Source of the DNA: Oculina patagonica
Taxonomy: Eukaryota
DNA length: 64,000 bases
NCBI RefSeq assembly: GCF_052425735.1
Contig: NC_135763.1
Coordinates: forward strand, 558,001-622,000
Direction of reading: 5' to 3'
Program-made: the position numbers and the translations under genes
Notes under the pieces: model-generated
What the model was told of the DNA's origin: nothing
The model's database searches: none
What the model saw: the letters and a program-made list of their open reading frames with translations, nothing else
Shown: positions 13,418 to 23,952 of the stretch, piece after piece
How positions within the stretch are numbered: the first letter of the stretch is position 1
How the letters are laid out: each line of letters opens with the position of its first letter

Positions 13418-14435
13418 AAAAGATTCCCGCTTGCAAGCCGGGTGGCATTACTGTTTTGCTGGCCACCATACATGGGCATGCATGAGGCCCTGCCAGGGTC
13501 AATTCCGACAAGCGACACGGCCCAGAAAGTAGCATTAAATAAATAGCGACAAACGACGACCCTTTTGGAAAATATTAAATTCCGACAAGGACAAGCAATT
13601 TTCCTTAAATTTAACTACTGACAACGACGGGAAGTGCGATAAAACAGCGTCATGATCACAGGACATTTTTATATTTAGACAAGGGTCGACTGGCGGAGAA
13701 CGCACAGACATGTTATTATAATTATTTTCCCCCCATTTTGTGAAATTGACAAGGGCACCTCTACGCATAAATCTTTTATTGTAGCCGAATTAGCCAGCAC
13801 CACGTGCTCATTTTCTGCATCACTGTTCTGGCACAAACCGTCTTAAATTAAGAATATTTGCCGTCGACCCGAAAAAAGAGAAGTCATATCAAAGTGCGTA
13901 CTTTAGAATCAACTTCTTCAACGAATCAGCAACTTGAAGGATATTTAACATTACGGATTTGTAGGCGGTACTTGGAAAACTTGAACATGTTTTAATGATT
14001 CCATTATGATTTTATAATATACCCGTTTTTCAGTAAAACGTCCGACCCCAGCAATGTCAGGTTTGCTGGCATTCAAGCGGCAATTTTCCCACCAAAATAA
14101 ATCACCGAGCTGGACTAAAGAGGTTTCTTTTTTCATTTGCTTCGCTTACTCACTTTTACAGCATCGCCGCTTTGCAGGAAAGAAAAACGTGAAAAACTTT
14201 TCACGTAGTAAAGTTGCTTAGAAGATTTGCTCTGACGAAGGGCAAGTAAAACAATCAGCCTTTTTTTATTTTACTGAAACAAAGGTTAACTTATCATGTT
14301 TGAGCATGTCAGGACTCGTAGTCAGTACAACGGTTTCTTTATAAAGAATTTCTTTGGTAAAAAAAAAAAATTCATTTTACAATGATAACGGATATCATGT
14401 TTAACAAATGTGTTCGAAACAGAACGTAAAAAAGG

Positions 14436-17400
14436 CTATTTATCTTTTCCTCTAAAACGTATACGCTGAAGAATATTCTTCCACAGTTTTTTCCAGGCTT
14501 TTGGAGATTTGACTGCTGCCAGCCAGGCATGCAAATTATAAAAGCGTTCCTTGGATGAAAGGTCTTCCTCCTCCCCCTCCAACACGTCTTCATCTTTTAT
14601 GACTGTACCTAGCCGTGTCACAGGCACCCCAATGCTATTCACAGATTTTGCTTGAAGGGAGTCAGTCGCTTTTTCAAATCTGTGGCTTTCATACATTTCT
14701 TGTCCAGTTTCTTTTACTTTTTGCTCATCCTCAGTAATAGCACGTTCAGGGAACTTACTTCTGTATTGTTGAAGTCGTGTCAGCCATTCCTGCCAATACT
14801 TTTCACACAGTTCCTGTGACAGATGATGAACATCTGCCGGGTCGCCATTCTCATATGCAATAACTATCACTCCATTGCAAACCTACAAAATAATGACACA
14901 AAAAATCATTTCTGAACACAAAAGAAGCATCCACTGGGTCAAAAATCAGTTTAACAAGATACTGGTATTGCTAAGCTATGGAATTTTTTAAATATTCAAT
15001 TACATTTGACTCAACTCTTTCAGTGTTCTGGGGCTGAGTGGTTAACAGGGTTCATACTCTTTAAAACTTTTGAATTTCCATAACTTTCCATGGCCTTTTC
15101 CATGACTTTCAAAGTTTTCCATGACCTAAATTTGACCATTTTTATAAGAAATTTTTAAAAATTATCTTGATTTGGGGTATGTTTTTACCTTTTTTCTCAA
15201 AATCGACCTGCTTATTTATTTTGTACCATCAATACTATTTTCCATGACTTTCCATGACCCACACTTACATTCCATGACTTTCCAGGTCTGGAAAATGAAA
15301 TTCAAAAATTCCATGACTTTCCATGTTTTCCATGTTTTCCATGACCCATACGAACCCTAGGTTAAGGGTGCTTGTGTTGAGATAAACAAAGTTTCAAGAT
15401 AATTTGCATCAGTATTAGAGTCAAAACAAAATGCATCAAACCTGAAATGGGTAGTTCTCATCAAAATTCACAGCACCAGCGTATGCGACAATTTGTTGAG
15501 GATATGAGTAGCAGTCCTTGAGGTTAGTTTTGTGTTTTGCAGAAGTTTTCCAGTCAATAACACTAAGCGCACCCTCATACTCTGCAATAAGGTCCAGCGT
15601 CCCTGCATATCCTAACAATGGATGCACCACGGCACTCTCAACTGCCACCACATTTGTAATGTCCTTTAACACGTGACTGACACTCTGCCAGTATCCTGAG
15701 TCACGTGCACCTTTCTCTATAAATGGCACTTCTTTGCTTTTAAAGTAGAGCTGAACACTCTGTTAAGAAAAAGGAAATGTTCTGAATTGCTTTTAGTTCA
15801 ATGTAAATTCTCTTCCAGCTTTTCTTTGTTTTAGTCTCCTACTCCCTGGGGGTATAGTAGGCGCAGTGGCCTAATGTTTAGTGCACTGGACTCCAAAGTC
15901 TCCCTGTATAAAAAAAAATTGTGAGCACCCCCCCCCCTCCCCCTTCAAAGTTAGTATCATTGTCAATATTCTGTGCTAGTACTGTTGAGGCAATATTTTG
16001 CTCTTTAATAATTCAAGTATGGGTTATTCTTCCCCTTCCCAACTCGCATGGACTTTTAACAACAAACTCTTCCCTGTAGATGAAGGCATGGTAAGCTGAT
16101 GACTGATGCATTTAGGGAGGGTGGCAAAAGGTTTCATATGTGTGTCACGTGAAAAGGGCAAAAATTAGCCAGTTATGCTTGAAAATAAGACAAAAATTAG
16201 GCCGTGATGTGTGAATTACATATACCGGTAGCTAGGAAAGACACATGATCCGTGAATTCTCCTGTTTTAAGTATGTGTAATTTGGTTAAAACTTTTATGT
16301 GAAACAAGATCACAATACCCCCTTTGCTAGCCTCTTTAGGAGGCCCAACTGAGTTAGCCTTGAAGTGAGACACTTTTCATATGCAGTATCACACATGTCA
16401 GTCTTACCACTCAGGTCAGACAATTTTTTTTGGTATACAAACAGTATCAGGGAAGTTTTGGGGAAAACACACAAATCCTAAGAAAACCTGCAATACCCGA
16501 TTCCCTCTATAGTGCACGCCTGCAGGGAATCACGGTAGTTGTATTCATCAAACCATGCGCGAGACTCAGCAACGTGCATTGTTGCTGAGTCTCGCGCATG
16601 GTTTGATGAATACAACTACCGTGATTCCCTGCAGGCGCGCGCTATAGAGGGAATCAGCTTTTAACTGGCAACCCATACATGAGGATATAAAAGTTATGGA
16701 GATTCTTATAAGATTGTCATTAAATTCCTGACAGGTACTAAAATCTTACATACAAATTAAATGTCTTGAATGTACAATGTATTTTGATGGCATTGTATAA
16801 ATTTACTATTAGTAACAGTACCCTAATATTAGCAAACTTACATGGTGAAATTGAGTTCCTCTCTTGAAAGTATTTTTTGTGTTCTTCTCAAACTGTTCCT
16901 TTCCTAACTCAGAAATCTGAGCCTTTTTCCAGTTCTTCAAAGCAAAATGTTCACTTGCAGGCTTGGTCTGACTGAGTATTGATGTTACACTGTGAAACTT
17001 GTCGAGGTAAATTCTTTCACCATATCGTTGTACTTTATTTGCACAGTGAATTGAGAGTGGAGACAGCAAGAGTGAGGACAGAGCTTTCTTGTCTAAAGTC
17101 TTGCTTTGGTTAAGAAATGGACAATAAGTCTCACTTTCAGCAACGTCTAAATGACCATCAACACTCTGTGAAATATTCTAAAACAAAAGTTATTTAGTTT
17201 AGTTTTAGCCTTCAAATAATAATTATAGCTAATTTATTTACTCATGGTTTTGTCAAGGGAGAGGGGGGGGGGGTAACCTCTCTTGCAGTCGTTTTTAGAG
17301 GCGATTGTGTCCAGGAGTGCACGGTCACCCCTAAAAACGACTGCATCTCTCCCCAGTCTCACTCTCAATTTTGACATTGGCTCCAGACCTTTTGTTCGAA

Positions 17401-18023
17401 GACCAAGTGCATTGGCAAAAACCATGACTGTTTTACAGTCTAACTCTCCTGGATACATCCTGAAGTTAGAAGTTTTGCTCAACCTAACCTCTTGGGGTAA
17501 CTAAATAAATTCTATAAATTCAGCTATAAATTCGAAAGCGTATTCTCCCATAGAAACCTTTATAAATGAGAACCGTTGTAACACAACACCTCCATATGCT
17601 GCCGGTCAAGAGTCACGTTTTGCGTACGGTTACAAAAGAGAATTATGTTAATTATTTTAACTCCTCTAATTGTGAGCTTGGGCCGCCTGTGGTACAGCCA
17701 GATGTAGCTTGATGTATAAGTATATTTTACCCAAATTTCACCTACTATATCTATTGCTAAGAAGAAAACAATTATTAAGTCAATAAAGTCAATCCAGATT
17801 TTTTCAATATCTTCCCTTTAAGATAAATGCATCCATCAACCAATGAGGAACTGTCTACTAAAAGGACTGTCTCTACTGTAAAATTGCAAATCAAACAGAA
17901 ATTGAGCTAAGTTAATATTATATATCTTACCTTTGTATTTGTTTTCAACAATAAACAACGACGATTCCAACGCAACAGCTTACCAATACAATCATAAGTT
18001 CTTTTGGTTTGAAATCGAGCCAT
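14436..18023 (-). CDS. MGME1: Mitochondrial genome maintenance exonuclease 1 (PD-(D/E)XK nuclease), about 397 aa
   Basis: Exons 18023-17931 (basic, targeting-peptide-like MARFQTKRTY...), 17177-16842 (SVTSILSQT...RGTQFH), 15759-15442 (ESAVVHPLLGYAGTLD...IDWKTS...QIVAYAGAVN) and 14882-14436. All are phase 0, GT-AG. Confidence 0.92.
15047..15358. mobile_element. hAT-like MITE with internal TTTTCCATGAC repeats
   Basis: CAGGGTTCATA...TACGAACCCT ends and multiple TTCCATGAC units. Confidence 0.75.
16499..16655. repeat. Near-perfect hairpin (75-bp arms, 7-nt loop) in MGME1 intron 2
   Basis: 16499-16573 is the reverse complement of 16581-16655 with about 2 mismatches. Confidence 0.95.
17522..17690 (+). 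mobile_element. Partial copy of the 18540-18848 element
   Basis: AGCTATAAATTCGAAAGCG...GAGCTTGGGCCGCCTGTG is nearly identical to about 18695-18848. Confidence 0.85.
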
Positions 18024-18148
18024 CTAACACAGTCAAAATTGTCTATTACCGTGTTACGCTGTTTTGCTATTTTCTCCTGCGTGGTCCGCCATCTTTCTCT
18101 TTTTGAAGAAAGTTGCAAGAGACTGGGTCCAAGTAAATGTAAACAAAT
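18024..18148. promoter_or_regulatory. Bidirectional promoter shared by MGME1 and the Rab gene
   Basis: Only 125 bp separate the divergent ATGs. A YY1-type CCGCCATCTT lies at about 18087-18096. Confidence 0.75.
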
Positions 18149-21100
18149 ATGGCGGATGTGGACTACGTCTTCAAGGTTCTGGTACTTGGTGATAGTTCTG
18201 TTGGAAAATCAAGTCTTATTAAGAGATTTCACTCAAATGTTTTTGATCAAAGACTCCCCACGACTATAGGGGTTGACTTTTTCATCCACGACCTTGAAGT
18301 AGACGGGAAAAAGGTCAAGGTACTTAGCTAAATTGCTCAGTGCTAACTGCTAAGCTAACAATGATCATGCATGCATGCTTTGATTTGAATAATGACTTGA
18401 TGTGCCTTAGAAAGTACGAGATACAAGGACATTTATTTGTTCTCATGCATGAAGCTCGATTATCACGATCAATTAAAACAATTCTGCAGGACTACCGGCC
18501 TTTTGCAGTGTCAGCATTCTAGTCATTCATTGATTAATTCACAGGCGGCCCAAGCTCACAAAAAAAAAAAAAAAAAAAAAAATTGCATAACTCGCTTAAA
18601 ACGCCTCGGATCGGCCTGAGAACTGAGATAGCAACAGACATAACGACAGGACATTGAGGTAAGTTGATTTTATTGTCAAAATCTCATTATATTTAGCTAT
18701 AAATTCGAAAGCGTATTCTCCCATACAAACCGTTGTAACACAACACCTCCATATGCTGCCGGTCGAGAGTCACGTTTCGCGTACGGTTACAAAAGACAAT
18801 TATGTTAAATATTTTAACTCCTCTAATTGTGAGCTTGGGCCGCCTGTGCAGTCATATGCCAGACAATTCTGGCAAAACCGATTCCCTGCCCTCCCCTGGA
18901 CTTTAGAGCAAATGCCTTGGGTTCAGGCATTTGCTTACCTTGCAGCACTTATAGCCAGCTCATTTTAGTTGGTTAGATATTATCAAACAAGACAAGAAAT
19001 GTGTGCCCAACTTAAAGTTTTAAAGACATAGGGCATTTGATTAGCTTTATTTCTCTCTCTCCGCCCACCCCCTTCTCCTGAGTTCCCAAGGTTGCACTGT
19101 CTAGCTAAATGTTTTGAAAATTCTGCCAAAGCTATGACTTTGTACGTTAATTCATCTTGACCTTTGTTGTAAATAAAGGAAAAATTATTCTTGTCACAAG
19201 ATCTGAAAAATTTTTAAGCGAAGCTTTCAACAGGGACCGCGGAGAGAGAGGGGCTAGGGGGGCTTTAGCCCCCCCACTTTTTTTCAGTAACAAGAAAAAA
19301 TAATATATTATCTCTTGATATTATTAATTTAGTTTGTAACGGACGAAAGTAACAGCAAATACTATTACCAAAATAGACTCGCCTTCAACTTAGATACATA
19401 AAAAACAAGTAAATGCGGACAATTGTCTTTAAGGTTTTCAGTTATAATCGAAAAATGTTAGGCTACTACAGGATTATACCCTTTATAAAAAACTGGCTTT
19501 TAGAGGCGAGTGGACTTCTCGTGTAAAAAGGCGTGTTTTATCATTGGTCAGTTTCGATCCGAACAAATGGTTTAAGTTTATGCTAAAAGTAATTCATTTT
19601 CTAACAATGAAAGTGAAATTGTCTTTTCTGTTTTCATTCGTTCTGGTAACATCTAAGTTGCGGGTGCTTCAACATGGTCAGAGAGGTTCGTGTCTTGATG
19701 TAAGTCAGTGAGTAGTTATATCGAACGTTTTGTGGAGCAACGTCTCCTTATCGCAACGTTTTGTCGTTTTAAGCAATACTTTTACAAAAAAATTAAAGCG
19801 TATTTTCCGGTATCTAAGAGAAATTAAAATCCAAATTTTCCCGGAGGAGCATGCCCCCAGACCCCCCCCCCTAGTCGGCTCACGCTTCCGCGTTCGACTT
19901 TAAGCCCCCCCGCTCAAATTCTTCCTGCGCGGTCCCTGTTTCAACTGTATCACAGTCTTCATCAGCGATTAAAATGAGCTCACATTGTCACATGAATGCA
20001 AATTGGCGCTGTTTACCACCTTTTATTAAGTGATTAAACAATTTGCATTCACCTGACAATGCGAGCTCACTTTAATCGCTGGCGAAGACTGTGCAATACA
20101 GTCAAAAACTTGGCTTACAAATTTTTCAGACCTTGCGAGAAGCTATTATTATTATTTTTTCTGAGAAAGCTGTTTGTGGGATTTTGTTGTTGTCAGCTTC
20201 AACTGTGGGACACGGCTGGTGAGGAGAGATTCAGACAAAATGGTTTGACCAGTTCATATTACAGGGGTGCTCATGGTGCACTTGTGGTGTTCTCTCTGAC
20301 GTCATGCAAATCATTTACAAGTGTGAAAAATCTCTGGTTAGAGGAATTTTACCGGAAGAGGTAAAGATTTTGTTGTTTATAGAAGGCAGTAAAACAGATC
20401 TTATTTTCTTTGCTTTTCTGATAATCACTAGACAGGTTATGTTTTTAAAAATAAAATATACATAACTTTTAAAAAAAATATTTGCCAGATTTTTTGCTGT
20501 TGTTGAATCCTGACATTCCTTGAATACTTCAACTTGTTAACAAACAATTGAAAATAAAAAATTGTGTTTCTCTAGGAAAGATTTTTGGTTTGCGATGGGG
20601 TATGAATTTTTTGGAGCCAGGCAAAGGCTGAACCATGTTTTGTGGCCAACCAATACTTTGATCAGGACCATTTTGAAGCAAAATTGTTGTTTGATGAGTA
20701 TAGAAGTGTGATCTATGGAAATTAAATTGACGTGTTCTGTTTGCATTACATTCATTGGGTATCCTCATAATTTTTTTAATTTTTTGTTTGTGACATATTT
20801 ATTAATTACAAAGATCAGCTTAGCTGAACTATAATAACTGCGGTAAGACATAGTAAAATATTAAAAAGCGATCTCTGGTTAAAAATATGATGAAAAACGA
20901 GCTTTCGACTACCAGTCTGTAGTCTTGGACAAGTAATGTCAAAGACTACAGACTGGTAGTTGAAAGCTCGTTTTTCCTCATATTTTTAACCAGAGATCGC
21001 TTTTTAATATTTTACTATAATAACTGCTTTCAGTATTATTTGACTTTTCTCAATTTTGTTACTCACATTAGTGGTTCAGATACAATTACCATTTTGGTTG

Positions 21101-22026
21101 GTAACAAATGTGACTTGGAAGATAAAAGAGAAGTAGATGAAGCTGATATAAGGGTAAGTATGCAAAACTAAGCCACAAACTCAAAAATCAATTGTTTATT
21201 AACTAATTCTGGCATACGCATCTTTAATCATGTTTAATATGAGAATAATAATTATTGGTGCATGGCGTGGTTTTATCAGTAGGGTATATTCCCGGGGGGG
21301 GGGTACTCCCTATAATGGCCTATACGGGGAGGCTCCGCCAGAAAGGGGTACCTTTTTCAGGCTCCAGGTATATAAAAGGGTAGGGATTTCACAAGTTTAG
21401 GTATATGAAAGGGTAGGGAAATCTGCCATAATGATATTTTAAAAGGCCTTTACATTAAATATTTCGAGCAGACGCAACTTTTGGCTGTATCGTCGTAATT
21501 TATTAAGCGCTACACAAGAAAACTTCCTATTTTAGGTTAATGTGATGTCGTGTAGGTATATGAAAGGGGTGCCTTTTGGCAATAAAAGGTATACAAAAGG
21601 GGTACCTTTTTTATCAAAATGGTATATAAAAGGGTAAGGGGTTAGATATCCGGGCGGAGCCTCCCCGTACAAAACTTTTTCGAGTACCCCCCCCCCCCCC
21701 GAGAGTATATTATACTGTCTTAATTAAGTTTATATTCATAACCATTAATCATGTTAAGAAAGGTGTTTACCACAGGCTTTTATTTGTTTTTTACCCAGGA
21801 ATTTGCAGAATTAAATTCTATGTGTTGGTTAGAAACAAGTGCCAAGGACTGTACCAATGTACAAGAGGCTTTTGAAACAATGGCTTACAAACTATGCGAG
21901 AGTCATGAGCAGTATCTGTCATTTGAGTCAGAACGCAGCAGTGGCCCAGGCAGTTTTACCCTTCATGGTGCTTACGGCGTGCCAGAACAGTCTACTGGCA
22001 GCTATTGTAGTTGTAATGCAACGTGA
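18149..22026 (+). CDS. Rab-family small GTPase (214 aa), subfamily uncertain
   Basis: Exons 18149-18319, 20197-20360, 21072-21153 and 21799-22026. Motifs: G1 [38 protein letters not shown]. The C-terminus is CSCNAT. Confidence 0.95.
18540..18848. mobile_element. MITE with 22-bp TIR in Rab intron 1
   Basis: CACAGGCGGCCCAAGCTCACAA...TTGTGAGCTTGGGCCGCCTGTG. Confidence 0.85.
19231..19938. mobile_element. Non-autonomous hAT-like element
   Basis: CAGGGACCGCG...CGCGGTCCCTG ends, with TTTCAA(C) duplicated on both flanks. Confidence 0.75.
20850..21018. repeat. Hairpin (~80-bp arms), possibly a Penelope-like inverted terminus
   Basis: ATAGTAAAATATTAAAAAGCGATCTCTGG...CCAGAGATCGCTTTTTAATATTTTACTAT, with few mismatches. 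Confidence 0.9.
21291..21703 (+). mobile_element. MITE family CCCGGGGGGGTACTC, copy 1
   Basis: G-run/C-run TIRs flanked by GTATATT. Homologous to 27397-27715 and 62949-63376. Confidence 0.9.
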
Positions 22027-23952
22027 TAATTGCTAACTGTACATCATTTTCTTCAGTAAAGGCTGGTTTCTGCTAGCAGCAAGCAAAACTAAGAGTCAAA
22101 AAAGCCTCACTTGACATATGAACAAGCACAAATAATTAATAATGGTTGGTGACTTACACATACTTAAATTGCACATGCTTTAATTTATACTTTCTCCACG
22201 TCAACACTGTCATTGCTATCTTGAATGCTTACTAAAAGTATATGCTTGTGCTGTTAGTAAAAACCAGCCTTAATATTTGTTTGAATGCATAGTAAAAAAT
22301 ACCTTATGGAACATTACATCAACAAGTGAAACTTATTTATTGATTTTTTGATTTAATTAGTTAGTAGTCAGCAATAGTTTTGCACCAACTAGATAGGAAA
22401 GTGAAGTTTATGGGTAAATAGTTTTTTCATTTTTTTACAAAAAGCTCTCTTTGACAGACATACACTGATGAAAGTGTCTGATGACCATTTTAGATGTCCA
22501 TCATAAAGAGAGTTTAGTTATGTAGTGTACAATGACAAGCCCTGGCTGCAGTGGACTAACATCTCATTTACAAGGGAGTAGAAAACTCCTAGTCACTTCA
22601 TTGTCACTTAAAGCTTAGATAAGAAACTCCAGGTGTCTGTTAAGAGAGAGTTTACTGTAAACATCTGTTCTTTCATAAATTATCTAGTTGTTGGAGATTT
22701 TTTTCATTTCTACTAGAAAATGTATTAATGGATTTGTTGTGCACCCACCATGTTGGTAGACAGTGTTTTTTTGTAAACAAGCACATGGCAGCCACAACAA
22801 TTGACAGGAATATTTATTGCAAAAAACATTTTTTTAATAGCATTAGATAACAATTTATCAAACTACTATCAGAAAAAAATTTAATTATGTGGACCACTCT
22901 TACAAATGACCAGTACTGGGGATTGATCAGAAATAATGACAATACTTGATGGATTAAATAAACATATCTTTATTGCTCACTGATAATATCATTTCATTTA
23001 ATACAGCTAGGATGCTCAGTGAAGTAAGCTCATACAAGATGAACTCATGTACAACAAGAAATTTAAAATGGTTTTTAACTACACAGTATAGATCTCTTAA
23101 ATATTGAAAGTTAACTACATTAAAAGGGAATTACATTATTGTCAGGCTTTGGTCACAACAATTGTCAATTTTTTAAATGCTTTTATCTACACGTTGTTAT
23201 TCCTAATTCACCTGTTAATAATTGCAGCCATAACTAAAAAAATTGGGACCATTTTGCTTGACATCGGTACCAAACAGCACAAAATACTTCCTTGTGAGCT
23301 ATTATAATGAGAATAATTTTGTCCGTTGCAATGGTCTTATGTCAGACAACAAGCAACAAACAAAATCAAAATAATGCTCTGAATGCCAGTCTCTAAATAT
23401 TGGAGATTGACAGTAAGACTTTTACTATTAACACAATAAAGCTACTGCTTAATATTGTATTGACTACAAGGCTAACTACTACATGCCCCTTACACTTAAA
23501 AACTAACATAGAACAGGCACCTATAAACAGGTGCAAACTACCACAACTATATGCACTTTACAAATGACTTTCTGTATCCTAAAGCTCAATAAATTAGTCA
23601 ATAACTTCGACCTCAACCAGAAACAAACCAAATATGACAAGAGCTGGTCTGAACTTGACAACAACTTAGTTGAAGCCAAATGTAAAATTATCATTATTTA
23701 GGAAAACTGAGTGTCTTAAAATATAACCATTCCCAAACTGGCAAAATTAAGTTGTTGCAAAAACTTAAAATATGTAATTCATAGTACTTCTCGTCTAAAT
23801 GAACTTGTTGTGCTTTGGAAAAACATGAAACCTTCATAAAAACTATTAATAAATATATAGTCACAGATAGGTTGAACCAAACCACGAGCAATAAAACTGC
23901 AATCCATATGAATGTCAAAAAATCGTTAATGGATTTCTACACAACTCAATTG

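Noticed and set aside
14229-14260. CTGACGAAGGGC hammerhead-like start
   Set aside because: There is no stem II closure or GAAAC, so at most it is a decayed Penelope remnant.
15080-15350. TTTTCCATGAC repeats as a CRISPR-like array
   Set aside because: Short irregular subterminal repeats of a MITE in a eukaryotic intron, with no spacers or cas genes.
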